A stretch of DNA of 64,000 nt. Origin: Ophelia neglecta (taxonomy: Eukaryota). This document shows positions 46,801 to 60,559 of the stretch, piece by piece. Every line of letters begins with the position of its first letter. The first letter of the stretch is position 1. The position numbers were made by a program, and so were the translations under genes. The DNA lies in NCBI GenBank assembly GCA_965285935.1, contig OZ260667.1:25978001-26042000 (forward strand). Direction: 5' to 3'. The notes under the pieces were generated by a model. That model did not search any database and was not told the DNA's origin. It saw only the letters and a list, made by a program, of their open reading frames with translations.

Positions 46801-49800
46801 GTTGAATGTTTCATATGAAAATATTACAGTATAATGCTATTTCTGTACTTTTCGTTTGACGAAATACAGTCGTAACATGTGATCAATACTAAAATCATTC
46901 AAGTAACCTAATAATATGACTTAGGTTTACATAGAATCAGTTGCAACATTAACACAGTAGGGTAAATCAAGTGATACTCACTTGAAATGGAGCAGTTTTT
47001 GACTTCTCCGACCCACTCATGATTCTGACACCTGAGCAGGAAAGACTCTCTGGAGACATTACAAGTAATAAAAAGGGCGTCATCCACCTGGTTTGAAAAG
47101 GTGCCATCTGGCAACGCAATGTTCGGACACCCAACAGCTGGAAATAGGTACAAAATAATATTCTGCATATGATATGTTCATGTCTTGTACTTTTAGTGAT
47201 ATTAATAACATGCTCATTCTGAACAGAAGTCTGGGTTTGAATAAAACCTTTTTCAGGTATAAAGAATGTATCAATCCTTAAAAATTCACCTTCTAAACTT
47301 TTGCAGAAATCTCTCAAGACTAACCTTGATATTTGATAAGGAACCTGGCTGACTCAGTGGAGACTAGTTTTAGCTTGATGTTGACTTGACTAGTCCGGGA
47401 GAAATAAATGGCTTTCTCTCTCTGGTCGCCACCGCAAACTGTGATACTATTTCCAATGCGGGGCTCCTCGATGATGGCGTACTGTTGACAGAACTTCAGG
47501 TGCCGATCGCCATATAAACTCTCTAAAAGGGTAATAAGGATGACATTTGTAGTTGGTACGATAATCTTCACACACTACAACTGTAAATAGATATTAATAT
47601 ATTCAATGGAACATTTTTATTGGTAAGCTTAGAGTAACAGTTTTCATATCGCAACACTTACCGTTTCTGAGAGTAAAATCAATCAATGTAAGATTGACCC
47701 TTTGACCCACCGGAAATGACAACTGGTAGTCACATGTGTGAGAGTCTCTCGATGGATTTGTGCTCGATATATATCCTGTTGGTGTCGTGATAACTTGAGT
47801 TTTACTTTCCTCGCACGAAGAGGTCAGGACTGAAAGGGATACATAGTTCAACTCAGTTCCGTGCAATGCACATGAGCAGGTTATGGGAAGATTAAACCCA
47901 CAAAATAAAACATTTCACGAATAATTCATTGTTAATTGTTCTAAATGTGAAGTATTGGCTTATACATTTGAGGTCATTAATCTTCTTGAATAGTTCAAAT
48001 AAAATATTAGGAAAAAGGCCTAGTTGGGTAACAAATAGAAAATTTGTTTTTGATCCCGACCTTTAACACAGCTATAGTCGGCATCTAGATAGGAGGAGAA
48101 GTCTAGGGGACAAGGTTGAGTTCTAACCAGGACTTGGTCAGAGACGCTCAATTCACATCGCTGTCTACCGGAACATGCTGCGTCAAGCTGACCAATGACG
48201 TCTTTTGAACAACCCACGTTGCCATAGTTCCGCGTCGCACACCTAGTTAAAAGCAGCTTTTACTTTACTATTATTTTCCCTAGATTACGCTTGATAGACG
48301 AACCCCCAATAAATAATAAAATGTCGTACGTGCTGCACTATATTAATGACGCAGCCATACTTACCTGCCTAGAGCAATGCGGCCAAATCGAGCACGTTGG
48401 ACAACGACGACATGTCCGGTGTCACATCCGGCTGTGAAAGACTCGGTGAGACAGTACTCCATACCAGCTGCAATGGGGATCAAAAATATCATCAACACTT
48501 TAAGTCAAATTGAGGCTTATTCAAATACAAAAGCGTCCTTTTGCCTTTGATCAGAGAACTTAGTCTGATGCGAGAGCTTTATTGCCAAGAGTGTTAAAGT
48601 GTTTTAGGTTTAGGTCCCCATTTGATGTTGTTGTTTTTGCTTTAGACTAGACCAATAGTTTAATTACACCGAACTGCAGTCTGTGTCTTGTATCGGTGGC
48701 CATGTCAACCAATCGAAACCGGCGTGCCATCAGTTTGAATACAACAGCTCTTGCCTCTTTCTAGTTTAATCCTCTGGCAAAATAAGGACTGATTTGTATA
48801 GAAAATCGTTTATTTCCTGTTACACCTTTCCCCGGGAGTCTATGGAGTAAACATTTGCTCTAGCGCGGTAACGGCTTCGAATGCTCGCTCATCGATCTAA
48901 CTGACTGGTCTGAATTCTACCAGCAAATGAACTAATTAATGTTACAAAACATAGTGAATGGCAGGGTTTGATCCTAAAAACACCAGATATTTCACAGACT
49001 GAGAGAGACGATAGCATTTTTTATTAAAGTACACAGATGATTTATCAATTTAGGGGGGAAATCCAATGCAAAAACAAAAACAAAAAAGAAAGAAACTAAG
49101 ATTCAAGCTGGCAAGTATTTGCCTTCATCATCGTGTCTTTGGTGTCGATGCTCATGAAAAGGCAAGCGATACATCATCGTTCAATTGAGGATTTATATCA
49201 TTTTTAATGCCCAAGGTTACCTTGAACTAAACATAAAACTTAAACGAGCACAGTGGCTCTCAATGCCGCGATTTCCCAGCGGAGGCATTTATTTTACAGC
49301 TTCCTTGTTATACGCCTGAAAATGTTCATGGGAGTGATGAGGAAATGGCGGGGGAATGTTGTCGAAGTTCAAGTCATTGTCATTCTAGGCACAAAGTAAT
49401 CTCCCGCCATTGTCATCACAGACGACTCTGTCCCGAAGCAGACGAGATGTGACTCTCCAGAGATGAGCCAAAGTTTTTTCTTCTTATTTCACAAGGGGGA
49501 AGGGCAGATCGAAGTCAAAATCAATATTGACAATAATGCTGATCCCATAATTAGCTCTGGAGTTGTCATCAGCATTATCTTCGCAATGTTTACCTTTGGA
49601 AAGTAATATTGACGTAACAATAGTTTGTTATCTTTCGATGCACTTAATTTACCATATAACGGTTTCCGATTTGTTTTATTGTAAGTTATCTATTTCTGAT
49701 CATTTGTCTTCCAAAAGTTTACAAAGAACTTTTAAAATATTTAGATCTACGGACTAAAAGGTATGACCATTGTCCATAGAGTGTTAATATGCAAGAAGCA

Positions 49801-52800
49801 TCCATTTACAAATGATCATAGGTTGAATTGCAACAACGGCTGATCCAATAATTATTGTGGCTTGTTGACAGATTGCCGATACTCCCAAATAAGTTCGGAA
49901 GTTTTAAAAACTAAAATCCCACATAAATTGTTGGTGCAATTGAGAGTAATGCGAACAATAAATGAAAGTTAATGCTAAACACATATGCTGCGTTTTCAAA
50001 TACCTTAAAAAAATTCATTGACAGATTATAACCATGAGAAGTTATACTACAGTCTGGTCGCATTTACAATTATGCTAATTAAAATTATTCTTAAGTATAT
50101 TATAAAACCTGAACATACTAGCCTACACTAGAAAATAACCAAAGTATTGGAATGGCTTTAATATAAATTTCTCGTACAGATGCATTTCCTCGCCGTTATG
50201 TTGTCTCGGTATAGATGCGTATGCACGAAACTAGCGCCGATTGTCCACTCTTCGATATCCGATGAATGATGGTTAGAAGCAATCCTGTGACTTGGTTGTG
50301 ATATCGGAACCGAGGCATTTTAATGAAAGATTGCTAAATTAACTGCGATAGAAAAAGCAGAATTTCTTTCGAGGAATGGCAGAACATGGATATATCTCTA
50401 ATCTATCCCCAAGCGCGCACCGCAAAACCGTCATAAACAAATGTTTAATAGAGAATACCCCAACAGGAAAAAATGTAATGGTTGCAAATGCAATGACGCC
50501 TAAGAAGATACTCTGTTAAGAACCTACTAGCAAATAAAAGAAGATCGTTGAAGAATGCACAATGTACCTTTATAAAATGACGTATGATAAAACTGCATCT
50601 TCAAGCCAAAATTGTATACATTATGGCCTTTGTTAGATGCCGTAAAATGATCTAATATGCGTCGAGAAGTGCTACATGTATTTCACTGATAAGATTAAAA
50701 GGTTATATAATGACATGGCTTGGGCCTTTCTTCAACCATAGTTGGAGACCAGGACAGAAACACTTTGCCATCGAGAATAGATGAAATAGAGTCAGCGAGA
50801 AATAGTCATGCTTCTTTCCTCTTTATCCGGGGATTACTGTATGCGTCACTAATGCCTTTTTTAATGTAGTGCCTCTTAACAGTGAACCTTTTTATAAAAT
50901 CGCCTGAATCTTTGTGAATGAAATAGTACCTGTGGTGCTTTCATACCTGCTTATGGCGTGCTTTTTGGCATCAACAACAAAATTACCCTTTAGTTTCTAA
51001 TACTAAATATAACCAAGCTCTTTAACGGCGTCATTATAATCGCCACCAATGGCCTGATTTGAAGGTCATTCGATTACTCAAAGAGGCATAATGAAAGTTG
51101 ATGTTGGCATTTGGCACCCAGGCGATATCTTTTATATAGTTGAGAAACTGCGCCTCCCGTTCCACGATAAATGCCGGAGTTCTTTCTAATCGAAGGAAGT
51201 GACAATAGTTATAGGAGTAATGCTATTTAGCATGTCTTAAAGCCGCAGTGTGCTTGTAGTAGAGAAATGAGCCTTGTTTTATCTCTGTAGGCTCTATCTC
51301 TGTTTGAAAATAAAAATTTGCTCACTAATGCATCCACTGTGGGTGAATTTGTAATCTTTCGTTTATAGAATTTTAGGACACATAGCTTAAAAAATAAAAT
51401 CTAGTGTGCATCTTTATGGGCAACATGTTCATAGAAAGCATGAAGCAAACAGACCAACAGTTGATTGCCTGGCTTATTCAGTCGGAAAAATGATGTGCAC
51501 TTCAAGGATCATACTTCGAGTAATACTAGATAAGCCATGCCATTAACAAAGCAGACTGCACAATAAATATGTAAATATCCCAATTTAGAAGCAAATGTTT
51601 ATTTCTTTTTATTCTAAATAATAGTGAAAAAAGGGGGTCTTCTGTCCTCATGCCTCCCAGGTAGTTGTAAAAATCAGATACTATGCTACAACCATTGTTC
51701 TTTTTTGCCATGTTTGCGTTGAAGTTGGCATTACATGCTACAATGGGTGATAAAAGAACAGAATAATACCCAATGTGTCCTATTGAACTTTAAGCAATGC
51801 ACAGATCCATTAGACCTACATTATAACAATGTTTGAATGACAAATAAGACATCAATTTCAGTCAGGGCTGGCTGTTAACAGATTGACAATATGGACATAT
51901 TGCGAGCCTTATCAGCCATAATTAAAACCGTAACAGGGAGTTTTGGCAAATTTCCGGGAATATCTCCATGGGACTGTCTTACATGTAAGCTCTACCATTT
52001 CACGGGGAACCAGGTCTCTAGCAAAGACTGTCTTATGTTTTACCATGACCCGGGATACCGTGTGGACGCTCACTCCCAAGACTGACCAATGACGTACCAT
52101 TTCACGCGCAACCATTAGGACGCTCTCTACTAAAGATCAAGACAAACCATTAAACAATACAAGTCAAGATTTGCATGTTTCTCCCTCTTACCACCATTCT
52201 CCTCACTGTACTTAATGAGTCTCGTGGAGACGGAGATATTGTAAGCCTCAGTGCAACAGGCGTACGCTTGGTTGATCGATCATCAGTGGGCAGTACCCAC
52301 ATTTACTATAAGGCTTGTTCTGTTCTTGTTAAGACCAACAGACAAGTGGTCGACTCTGAGAATGGGCAATGCCAAGATCGTCAGAGACAGGTCGATAATA
52401 GCCTGATTGTACCACTACAAACTCGAGGAAAACAAACTGATTAGTATCTATTAACCTGTGAGATGAGGGCGCATTGGGTATGACCATACAGTGAAGACTG
52501 TGAAAAAAAGTGTGCACGATACAATGTAGAAGAGAGGATCATTTTTATAAACCTATTACAAATACCTTATATCATTTTATAATTTACAAAAAAAAGGATA
52601 TAGTTCGAAAAATGAAATGACTGACCTGTAGGTCAAAAATATACATACACTAGTACTGATAGCTAAGCCCCATAGTTGACAGTGAGACCTCTTTTAATAC
52701 TAGGACTGACAGAAATACGATTGCCGGTTATTACCAGTCTGCATGTCGTCCGAATCCATTGTACGAACCGACCGGAAATGTGGATGGAATTATTCCCAGC

Positions 52801-55800
52801 TGGAACAATCCCATTCTTCACTAAAGTACGGGTCATGATCCTAGCTTGAATGCTGTCCATGGTATAATCAATTTGTTTATGATTATAAAACCAAGGTCCG
52901 TCAAATTTTCCCCACAAGCGCCGGTGACCTCTCCACTCTCTCTTGTACTTTTCTATTTCTCTTTATACACCTTGCCATAAGCAAACCTAGTAGCTAAAAT
53001 AATCAAATTGCGGATAAGTGTTTGAAAATCGTTTACCAAATATACATTTTCCTATAAGTCGATCAATCAAACCGAATTCCTTATAGTAAGGAAAGGGGAA
53101 TCGCTCAGTGCCATTAACTTATAACCACTGAATGGTTAGATAGATCCCCCTGACTAAAAATAAAATGGTCAGTCCCCATCCGAACAAAGACAAGTCGATC
53201 AGTCCCATGGCCAGGCATCAGGCAATAGGGGATATGCATGAACAAATTGTCCCTCCCGATCAACAGGAAAATATTTGTTATGGCAGCAATAAATCGGCAA
53301 ATGTACAATGGAGACGGCCAAAGATCATAAAAAGTATAAAAAAGCAAGGATTTCTAAAACGACCACGCCCGCCAAGGTAAAACAGAATATAGCTATTGGT
53401 CACATCTATTCTTACAAAGAAAATTGACTCTCGACACAAAATACTAAATTACCCTAAGAATATTGCCTCAAGCGTCAGGTAACCGGACAAAAATGCATTA
53501 TTTTCCTGTGCCTTATTCTTGGCTAAGATTCACCCAGCAGGAGACAAGGCTAAGCCAAGCAACGTTAAGAGCATAGCCTATTGTCACACCAAGATCATGT
53601 TTAAATTGATGCCGTCATCACAGCGCTTTGCATCAATTTAGAAAATGTGAAACTGACATGAAAGTAAGAAGAAGGTAATTCCGATTGATGGAGTACCTTT
53701 AAGAAATTACAAGATTCACAATGATAACGCATATAATATATTCAAGGAAAAAAACTCATATTTCGAATTGTGAAACATTAGAGATTTAAACAGTAAAAAA
53801 CCCTTTGATATAATGCGTTTCTCGGCGACAGTAACCTCTATACAATACAAGCCGAATCAATCATTGTTCAATAAAAGGTAATGAGTAGGTTCGCCTCTGA
53901 ACCTATCAAAAATATATTGTAAATATGCAATTTTTCTTTTTGTGGAGACCAGTGAAAGGTACAACTGCCATGTTCCCATATTCATACCGAAGCAAGCACG
54001 TTCCGTCAATCCAGTGCAAATTCCCCTTAACATTTAATAGTAATGTCGTCAGGAAAACACCAATCTCCTTCCTGTCTCTTTATTAGCCCAATATTTATTC
54101 GCATACGACTCCTATCGTGACACTAGGCCTATTTAACGCCATACTTGTCAATTTCGTCTAATGATTTTCGCCAAGCAAGTGCAAGTAATGAGCAGTTACT
54201 GGGAATTTATTCATCCGATTTGGTTGCTAGATTAACATGAGATTGCCCATTGCGCAAGGCAGACGGTTCTACTGTGCAATCGGAATCTTCGAACAGCACC
54301 GGATGTGCATACTCAAAGAACAAGAAAGAGGAAGTTTCCCGCATTAGATAAAAATGAGAAGCAGCCGAACACATAATGTTAACGTTGATCAATATAGTTA
54401 TTCATATTGCGGAGATTGGTGATGTTTGTCTCCATTTATTGATTTAAAAGAGCTCATCGCGTGTCAAGAGTGTCCACTTGCTAATATTAATAGTTGATCC
54501 AAGATAGTTATCCTCTACTGCGATCAAGGGAGTTGGGGGATTATTTAAATCCAGCACATTCCCTTTATACAACTTTAGAATATGGTGATCAACTTAACCA
54601 GAGAGTGGGAGTTATGCATGACTTGTATTGATCAACTAATTTGATTATTAATGTGTGACAACTCTGAACAGCTACATTCTAACTTAGCTGTTTTAACCCT
54701 AAAGGCACTGGTCCACTAACAAACTGATTGATATGAGGTCAACTGAACCAATTCTCCAAACACGAAGAACATTATTCAAATTACACTCTAAGGGGCCCTT
54801 ACAGAGCAATGGAGTCAGCTAACATATTCACGGCTCCACAACACTCGGCGGAACGACCTTTAATATTGACTTGCCAAAATTAAGCTTGGCGTATTTTGAG
54901 TCGTGCTTAGAGAATACAAGACCCGAATTACAAAATCGTTAGCACTCGGAAGGAAGCATATTTGAGAAATTAATACCTTAGGATCAATAAAACAAGAGGT
55001 GTCATATTAAGTACGTTCGGCCTTCTTTCGATATTAAGGAAGCCGGACATCTCTTCAATATGCTATCCGGGATACCTGCTTGACAATTCGTGTAATACAT
55101 TGTGTAGTTTATATCGTTAAGGTGAGACTGAGACAGGGTCAGACGTAAGGTTAGTTGTATTTCGGGTGGCAGCTGAGCCCTCGTCTACGTTCCCACAGTC
55201 AATGTCTATTAAACCACGTCTCGTCATCGACCCATTCATAGTGGATCTTCGCGGTTAACAGCCAAACCCGTCTCCCTGGTGTGAAAGTTCTATAACCCTG
55301 CCAAAGGTCATGTAACTGATGTAGCGTGGCAACAGTCACGTCATGTAAACAACTCAGCTGCAGACGACCGAAATGGAAAGGCATTTAAACAGAAATATTT
55401 TACGCAAAAGACAGTTTTTCATTCTTTTCATTGTGATTTTCTTTGCATCGTGATTTGAACCCAAAACGCCTGGAATTTAAAAAAAACTTAATCTGATCGT
55501 GTTTCATGGCGGCAGGCGAGCACCGACTTAACAATATCAGAAGGCGGCAGTGCGGCAAACATCGAAAGCGAAACAATCATTTCTTATCAACATCACAAAC
55601 TGAAAGGAGTAGCAATTCGACATGTGAAATGGGAACGTGTCGATCTGGGCATGAAACGATGTGCAAAATGTCAGAAATCAGCAAGGAATATTGCAATATT
55701 TAATTATACATTTCCTTTCATGTATCGATCCCATATAAAATATCTAGAATGAGAATTCGCAGAGAGTAAGGCGCCACTTGTTGCCCTATTACATGAATTG

Positions 55801-58800
55801 ACGCCTAAAATTTGGAAATTAGATTGCATCGCATTTGGCCTCAAATATCACATCCCAAGGCAAGTTAACGCGGCTGTCTCAGCCTCACTGTACAGCGTTT
55901 CATGACATCCATTTGTCCAGGGTGTTTTCCTTTACTCTCACTGTTTTACTGGGGTTCCGGCGGTACTTGTTTCATTTTCACTTTTGTTCATGAATGGGAA
56001 ATGTCGTTCAGTTTAAAACTACCGAAACACTGCTAAGTTTTATAATGTTTTATTAGAAAAATCAGGGGCCAATGCTATAAGCTCAGGGGGCTTTTGAAAT
56101 AGTAAATCATTTCATTTATGTGGATTTTTACTTTGAGGGGCACATTGACTCTTGTTTCAACAAACATATCACAAGTACTGTTATGTCTAAAACGGTTGGA
56201 CAAATGCTTCTTTCAGTCAAGTATTGTTTGACCATGTTCTAAATGCATAATTAAATTCAGGTTGAAACTCTTTAAGAGTGTACCTTTTATCTCTTAGGGA
56301 ATGGCAAGGAAAAGTAGATGGAAGCAAAATGAGTGGAATCTGATTTTTCTTTTTCAACTCATATACACTAAATTAGTAAAGCGTATTTGGAAGCAATCAA
56401 TCTTTTGACATGACCCCTTACATGCTCATATCTAAAGCGTTGCTGAGACGGCCTTTGGAACAAGGAAGACCATTATACAAATAGCACCTGAGGGGGCACT
56501 TAGTGAGCAAGGCTTCCTTGTAACATATTCAAAACGCTACAGTATGGCACATAACGGCTATGAATATTGACAAGATAAGACCTATATGTGCATGTTGAGT
56601 AAAACTGATCAAGCTTTATTGTCCTCTAGGGCATATAAAAAGGAAACAGCACATGTATATTTAATAATGATCCGACATGAATCTACATAACCTTAGAGAA
56701 ATAATAGAGAAAATATCCTTTTATTTGTCACAATTGTAAATTGTCATATATGCAATGCTAAACCTATTTAAATTAATAAGATTCCAAACCTATCTTTAAT
56801 TTATGCATATTAATGTGGTATAACCTCCTAGCCAAGAAAATAAGCTTCCAAATAAATGGTGACAGAGGGCCAGTGGGTAAGAGCGTCAATTGGCTAACGC
56901 AGCTGGTCACTCAATTGAGTTCACACAGTGAGTGCCTAGGATATAGCCCACGGCCCACCAGCAACCCTTAAAAGGTTCTTCGTGTGAACTTCTTCTAGCA
57001 ATAAGGTCCCTTAACTCCTTTCGCATTATAACTACAGTCATGGCACGTAAGTAGGTTGGCTGCTATGGATAAGAACTCAAACGATACATCAAAGTCTGTA
57101 AAATAAAAGCTTCTGCTTTTTATGCACGGCGTTCACAACTGCCGCTTAGCACACATAAATATGTTTGAAACAATATCAGCATTATGGTTCGTTGATTGGA
57201 ACCGAATGCTGGGGAGCGTAACAGTCATTCCTTATCAACATCTCACCGCATTAGGAACCAAAATCCAATAAGAGTAATTACAATGTGTCACCTTGGGTAC
57301 AAAACAGCGTGCAAAAAGGCAGAAACCTACAGAGGGGATTTTAATAATTAATTAGTCACTACTTTTGTTTTGCTCCAAGCAAAACATGTTGCGCGTGGTG
57401 CCTAAATGGGTGCCACGGTTTCAGTTGTCTGAATCATCAAGTGAATGTGGTCCTTAACCTTTAGAAGCAGGCCGATTTCACCTGTGTAAGAAATATGTTG
57501 TCAACTTCAAGATATATGGAACACAATGAACTATGTTTTTATTTGTTCTAGATGGGGTAAGATGTATTTGAATAAATTGAATGCTATCTTTAAAGCCAAT
57601 TGGCATTTATAGACAGAGGTCTTGTAGCCAAAACGCATTATAAATAATTTTACACCATCAAGCTCGTAACAACGACCTATGTGAGATGAGGTTTGAGGGA
57701 TTTGTATTCCCGCACTTCCTCGTTCTCACTGCGATTCAATCGGTAAAGTGTTAATCATGTTTTACATCGAAGGAAATGATAAAGTTGCAGCTGAACAATA
57801 ATGGCTCGAATTTTCAGTTGCGAACTTAGTCAGTGCACTACGTTTTTTAGGCTTATAATTTTTAGGCTATATAATGTATAAAAGTTCTGGATCTAATGAG
57901 ATTGGCTAATATGTGCATTGCTTTTCCAGTAAATTCTATTACAATCGAGATTTGCCTTTGGCATGAAATCGTAATAGACGTGCCTATGTTGAATTACGCA
58001 AAACATCACTTTGAACAAGAATAACTGGTACTTAAATTGCTGCAGGCTTGTCATGCAAGACAGTAAAATATCTTCATAAAAAGTTTAATTGTAAATGAAG
58101 ATTAGAAAGTTGGTTTTGTTATCGTTTCAGCCACTTGAAGGCCAGCGATTTGGCAGAACGAATTCCAGATCGAACGTGGCAAAGCATTATAGCAATACAG
58201 ATAAAGACCACATAAATACAATGTGTAAGGAATAAGTTAGAGGATAACTATCAAGATTTACGCTGACCTAATATATTTCTTGCAAACAAATTTTCAGATT
58301 TGTATGGACAGCGCAATATTTTTTTTATTAAGATTTGTACGAACATGTGTAAGCAAAAACAATGTGCTCAACTTTTAATAAGAGTATGTTTGCCTTTGCT
58401 TTGAATACATTTATACAGGTTAAAAGTAATACGATATTTTCCTATTATTTTCAGGCCTCTTACGATCAGCTACCCAGATCTACACATTTACAGCCTAATG
58501 TTGCTTTAGCCCTTTATGAGGCTATGTCTACTGGAGTGGAATTTGGCCCATGATGAACACAAGAATCCATTCCAATGATGTGAAATTGGCCCCTCAAATT
58601 AGGTATGTCGACATTGGAAGTTTATATAGAGTTTGACGTTATCAACATTAAATCTGGTAGTTTTATATTTCGAATTAAAGGAATGGTCGTTTATTACAAA
58701 TAGAATTCTATATGAATTAGAAAACGGCACCTTAAAACGGATGTAACCATGTCGACGGACGGAAACGAATAGAAATTCGTTGCAATTGAATTGCATGACG

Positions 58801-60559
58801 GGTGGTAGTATTTCATAACGATACACATAAAACAAACATCATGTCCATTCTGAGGAAGTTACGGCTGGCTGACGGTAAATACCCATCATGCAAGGATCCC
58901 ATTTACAGTATCCGAGATTCAAAAGCACTTAATTCCTATATGGGATCACTCAACCTTTATTTTGGCCGGTGCAAATCAATTTCAAGAGCCAACCATATGA
59001 CTGCAGAAGCAGTACATGACCCTAAGTATATCCCAGATGGAAAATTTGCACACGTGCCAAAGCGCAGAACTTTTTAATGGACATTTACAGAAATGTGTGA
59101 GGAAATAGGAAATTAAAAATAAAATAGACACCGTCGTCAAATACGAACGAAGCAGTCGGTGCCTCTGTCAGTGCAATTCATTTTTATTCATATCATACAT
59201 ATTTCAATATGCTTGATGAAAACAGGTGTCGTCTGTCTTATTATCACACCCTAAACCAACATATTGTAGGACCCACTCGATCAAAGTGCTGTGAGCTTCC
59301 TTTCTCTATTGATAACATTTGCTTTACAAACCAGAGGACACTATGTACAGTTTCCGTTTCCGGTATCGCACTGGATTGTGGGCAATGATCGATGGCGGCA
59401 CGTGACGTAGATCGCATTTTCTATAATGGGAAGGTAATTGCACAAACAAGTTGAAAGAGACCTTCTACAACATTGAAAAAAATAGTGTTAGACATGGTTC
59501 ATTTTGGTTATTTGTGTCACGGCAGAACAGTGCGATTATCGCAAGAAACACTATCGGTGAATGCACTCTCAACCGGGGTTCCGTTATCTCCTGCTTTTCA
59601 AGCCAGCTTCTCTCAGCAGCATTTCTTATACAGTTGTTTCCTGCCGTAGAATTAATTCGAAATTGCCTACTGATACAGCTGATACCCTCTTGATGGTATT
59701 CGCCCTCAACCCACTGTTGGTAGAATTCAGTCCCCGAAATTGCAGTCCTGTTGGAGGTAATTGTGCAGTGCCCTACCCAAACAAGGCCGATCTATATCAG
59801 ATCGATTATGTACTCACACCTTCTCCAGAGATCGATGAAAATATTTCATAGCTCATTATCGATGCTGCTTGGCCTGACACGATTCTATGTTACTATATAT
59901 TTGTGTAAAACATTATACAGGATATAAAGGAAAGTCGAAGATTTGGTACATTCTTATCGCTTATCGGTTGAACATAAATGACTTAAAAAACTGTTTGTTT
60001 CATATTTTGCATCCGTGCTTTCGGTTTGCTAGCTGCCCAGTGTTATTCAAATCTGCATATGAAGCAATTAAATGCGAATCAGCATTTATAACATGAAGAA
60101 AAATATCATTATACTCCCTTAATTATGAAAGCCCATGGTCATCTAAAATATATGGTGCATGGACGATATAACGGTGGCTGATTGGATGACTTGAAACGTG
60201 CATTTATTGACAAACAGTCGCATCGTATAAGACTGAAACGTTAATGAGGCTTCGCCATCGTCAAGATAATCAGAAATAATACCATTCCAATGCATAGTCT
60301 TCATTGCTTTATCCAGTATTTAAGGAGATTCATTTCTCGTCTGCAGCGTCTATTGCGAGCGATTTACTTCCACCTTCTGGCCTCTGCGATTGAACGCCTC
60401 ATTGACATGCCTAAAGAAGCTATTACTACAGTGGCGTGAGTAAATATCGCGGGATTAAAGCCCTTGACGAGACTTGGAGGAGTATTGTAAGTGACACTTA
60501 CCCGAGAGGCTGAAGAGCCCCAGAAGGGCTATGAGCAGAACACTTGGTCCTGACGTCAT
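43231..60559 (-). CDS. Paralog 2: spliced gene with the same architecture, ~560 aa; complement(join(43231..43891,44163..44250,45907..45975,46982..47137,47325..47522,47662..47829,48061..48242,48365..48467,60502..60559))
   Basis: Nine GT/AG-bounded exons give one open frame (1683 nt including stop). Phases are identical to paralog 1, and five internal exons have identical lengths (103, 182, 168, 156, 88 nt). Confidence 0.88.
44163..44250 (-). CDS. Paralog 2 exon 8: transmembrane helix (GISLVIILGVALVIVVYIAIMIICVMFIRR)
   Basis: gctcag acceptor, AG|gtaggt donor, 88 nt. Homologous to 4815..4902. Confidence 0.92.
45907..45975 (-). CDS. Paralog 2 exon 7: stalk (TDSKLQKPQDSSNEETFGGLPPI)
   Basis: ttttattttcag acceptor, G|gtgaat donor, phase 1-1, open frame. 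Ends GG..P as in paralog 1. Confidence 0.7.
   Translation of the reverse strand: MIPNFKNRRTRQMKKHLEDCLQ
46982..47137 (-). CDS. Paralog 2 exon 6: Sushi/CCP-like module
   Basis: ttccag acceptor, A|gtgagt donor, 156 nt. 36/52 aa identical to paralog 1. Confidence 0.9.
47325..47522 (-). CDS. Paralog 2 exon 5: C-half of CUB-like domain
   Basis: cttttag acceptor, G|gttagt donor, 198 nt. Homologous to 7383..7571. Confidence 0.9.
47662..47829 (-). CDS. Paralog 2 exon 4: N-half of CUB-like domain
   Basis: ctttcag acceptor, G|gtaagt donor, 168 nt. GYISST...CDYQLSFPVGQRVNLTLIDF. Confidence 0.9.
48061..48242 (-). CDS. Paralog 2 exon 3: C-half of SUEL lectin
   Basis: 182 nt, overlaps track ORF 48020..48217, SUEL Cys pattern. 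Confidence 0.92.
48365..48467 (-). CDS. Paralog 2 exon 2: N-half of SUEL lectin (AGMEYCLTESFTAGCDTGHVVVVQRARFGRIALGR)
   Basis: ttgcag acceptor, AG|gtaagt donor. 25/35 aa identical to paralog 1. Confidence 0.92.
60502..60559 (-). CDS. Paralog 2 coding exon 1: signal peptide MTSGPSVLLIALLGLFSLS
   Basis: ATAATG start with an in-frame TAG 5 codons upstream, hydrophobic core, perfect G|GTAAGT phase-1 donor. Homologous to 23793..23847. Confidence 0.85.

Noticed and set aside
56865-56970. tRNA gene or tRNA-derived SINE head (GGCCAGTGGGTAAGAGCGTC)
   Set aside because: A-box-like only, with no convincing B-box or cloverleaf. At most a decayed SINE.
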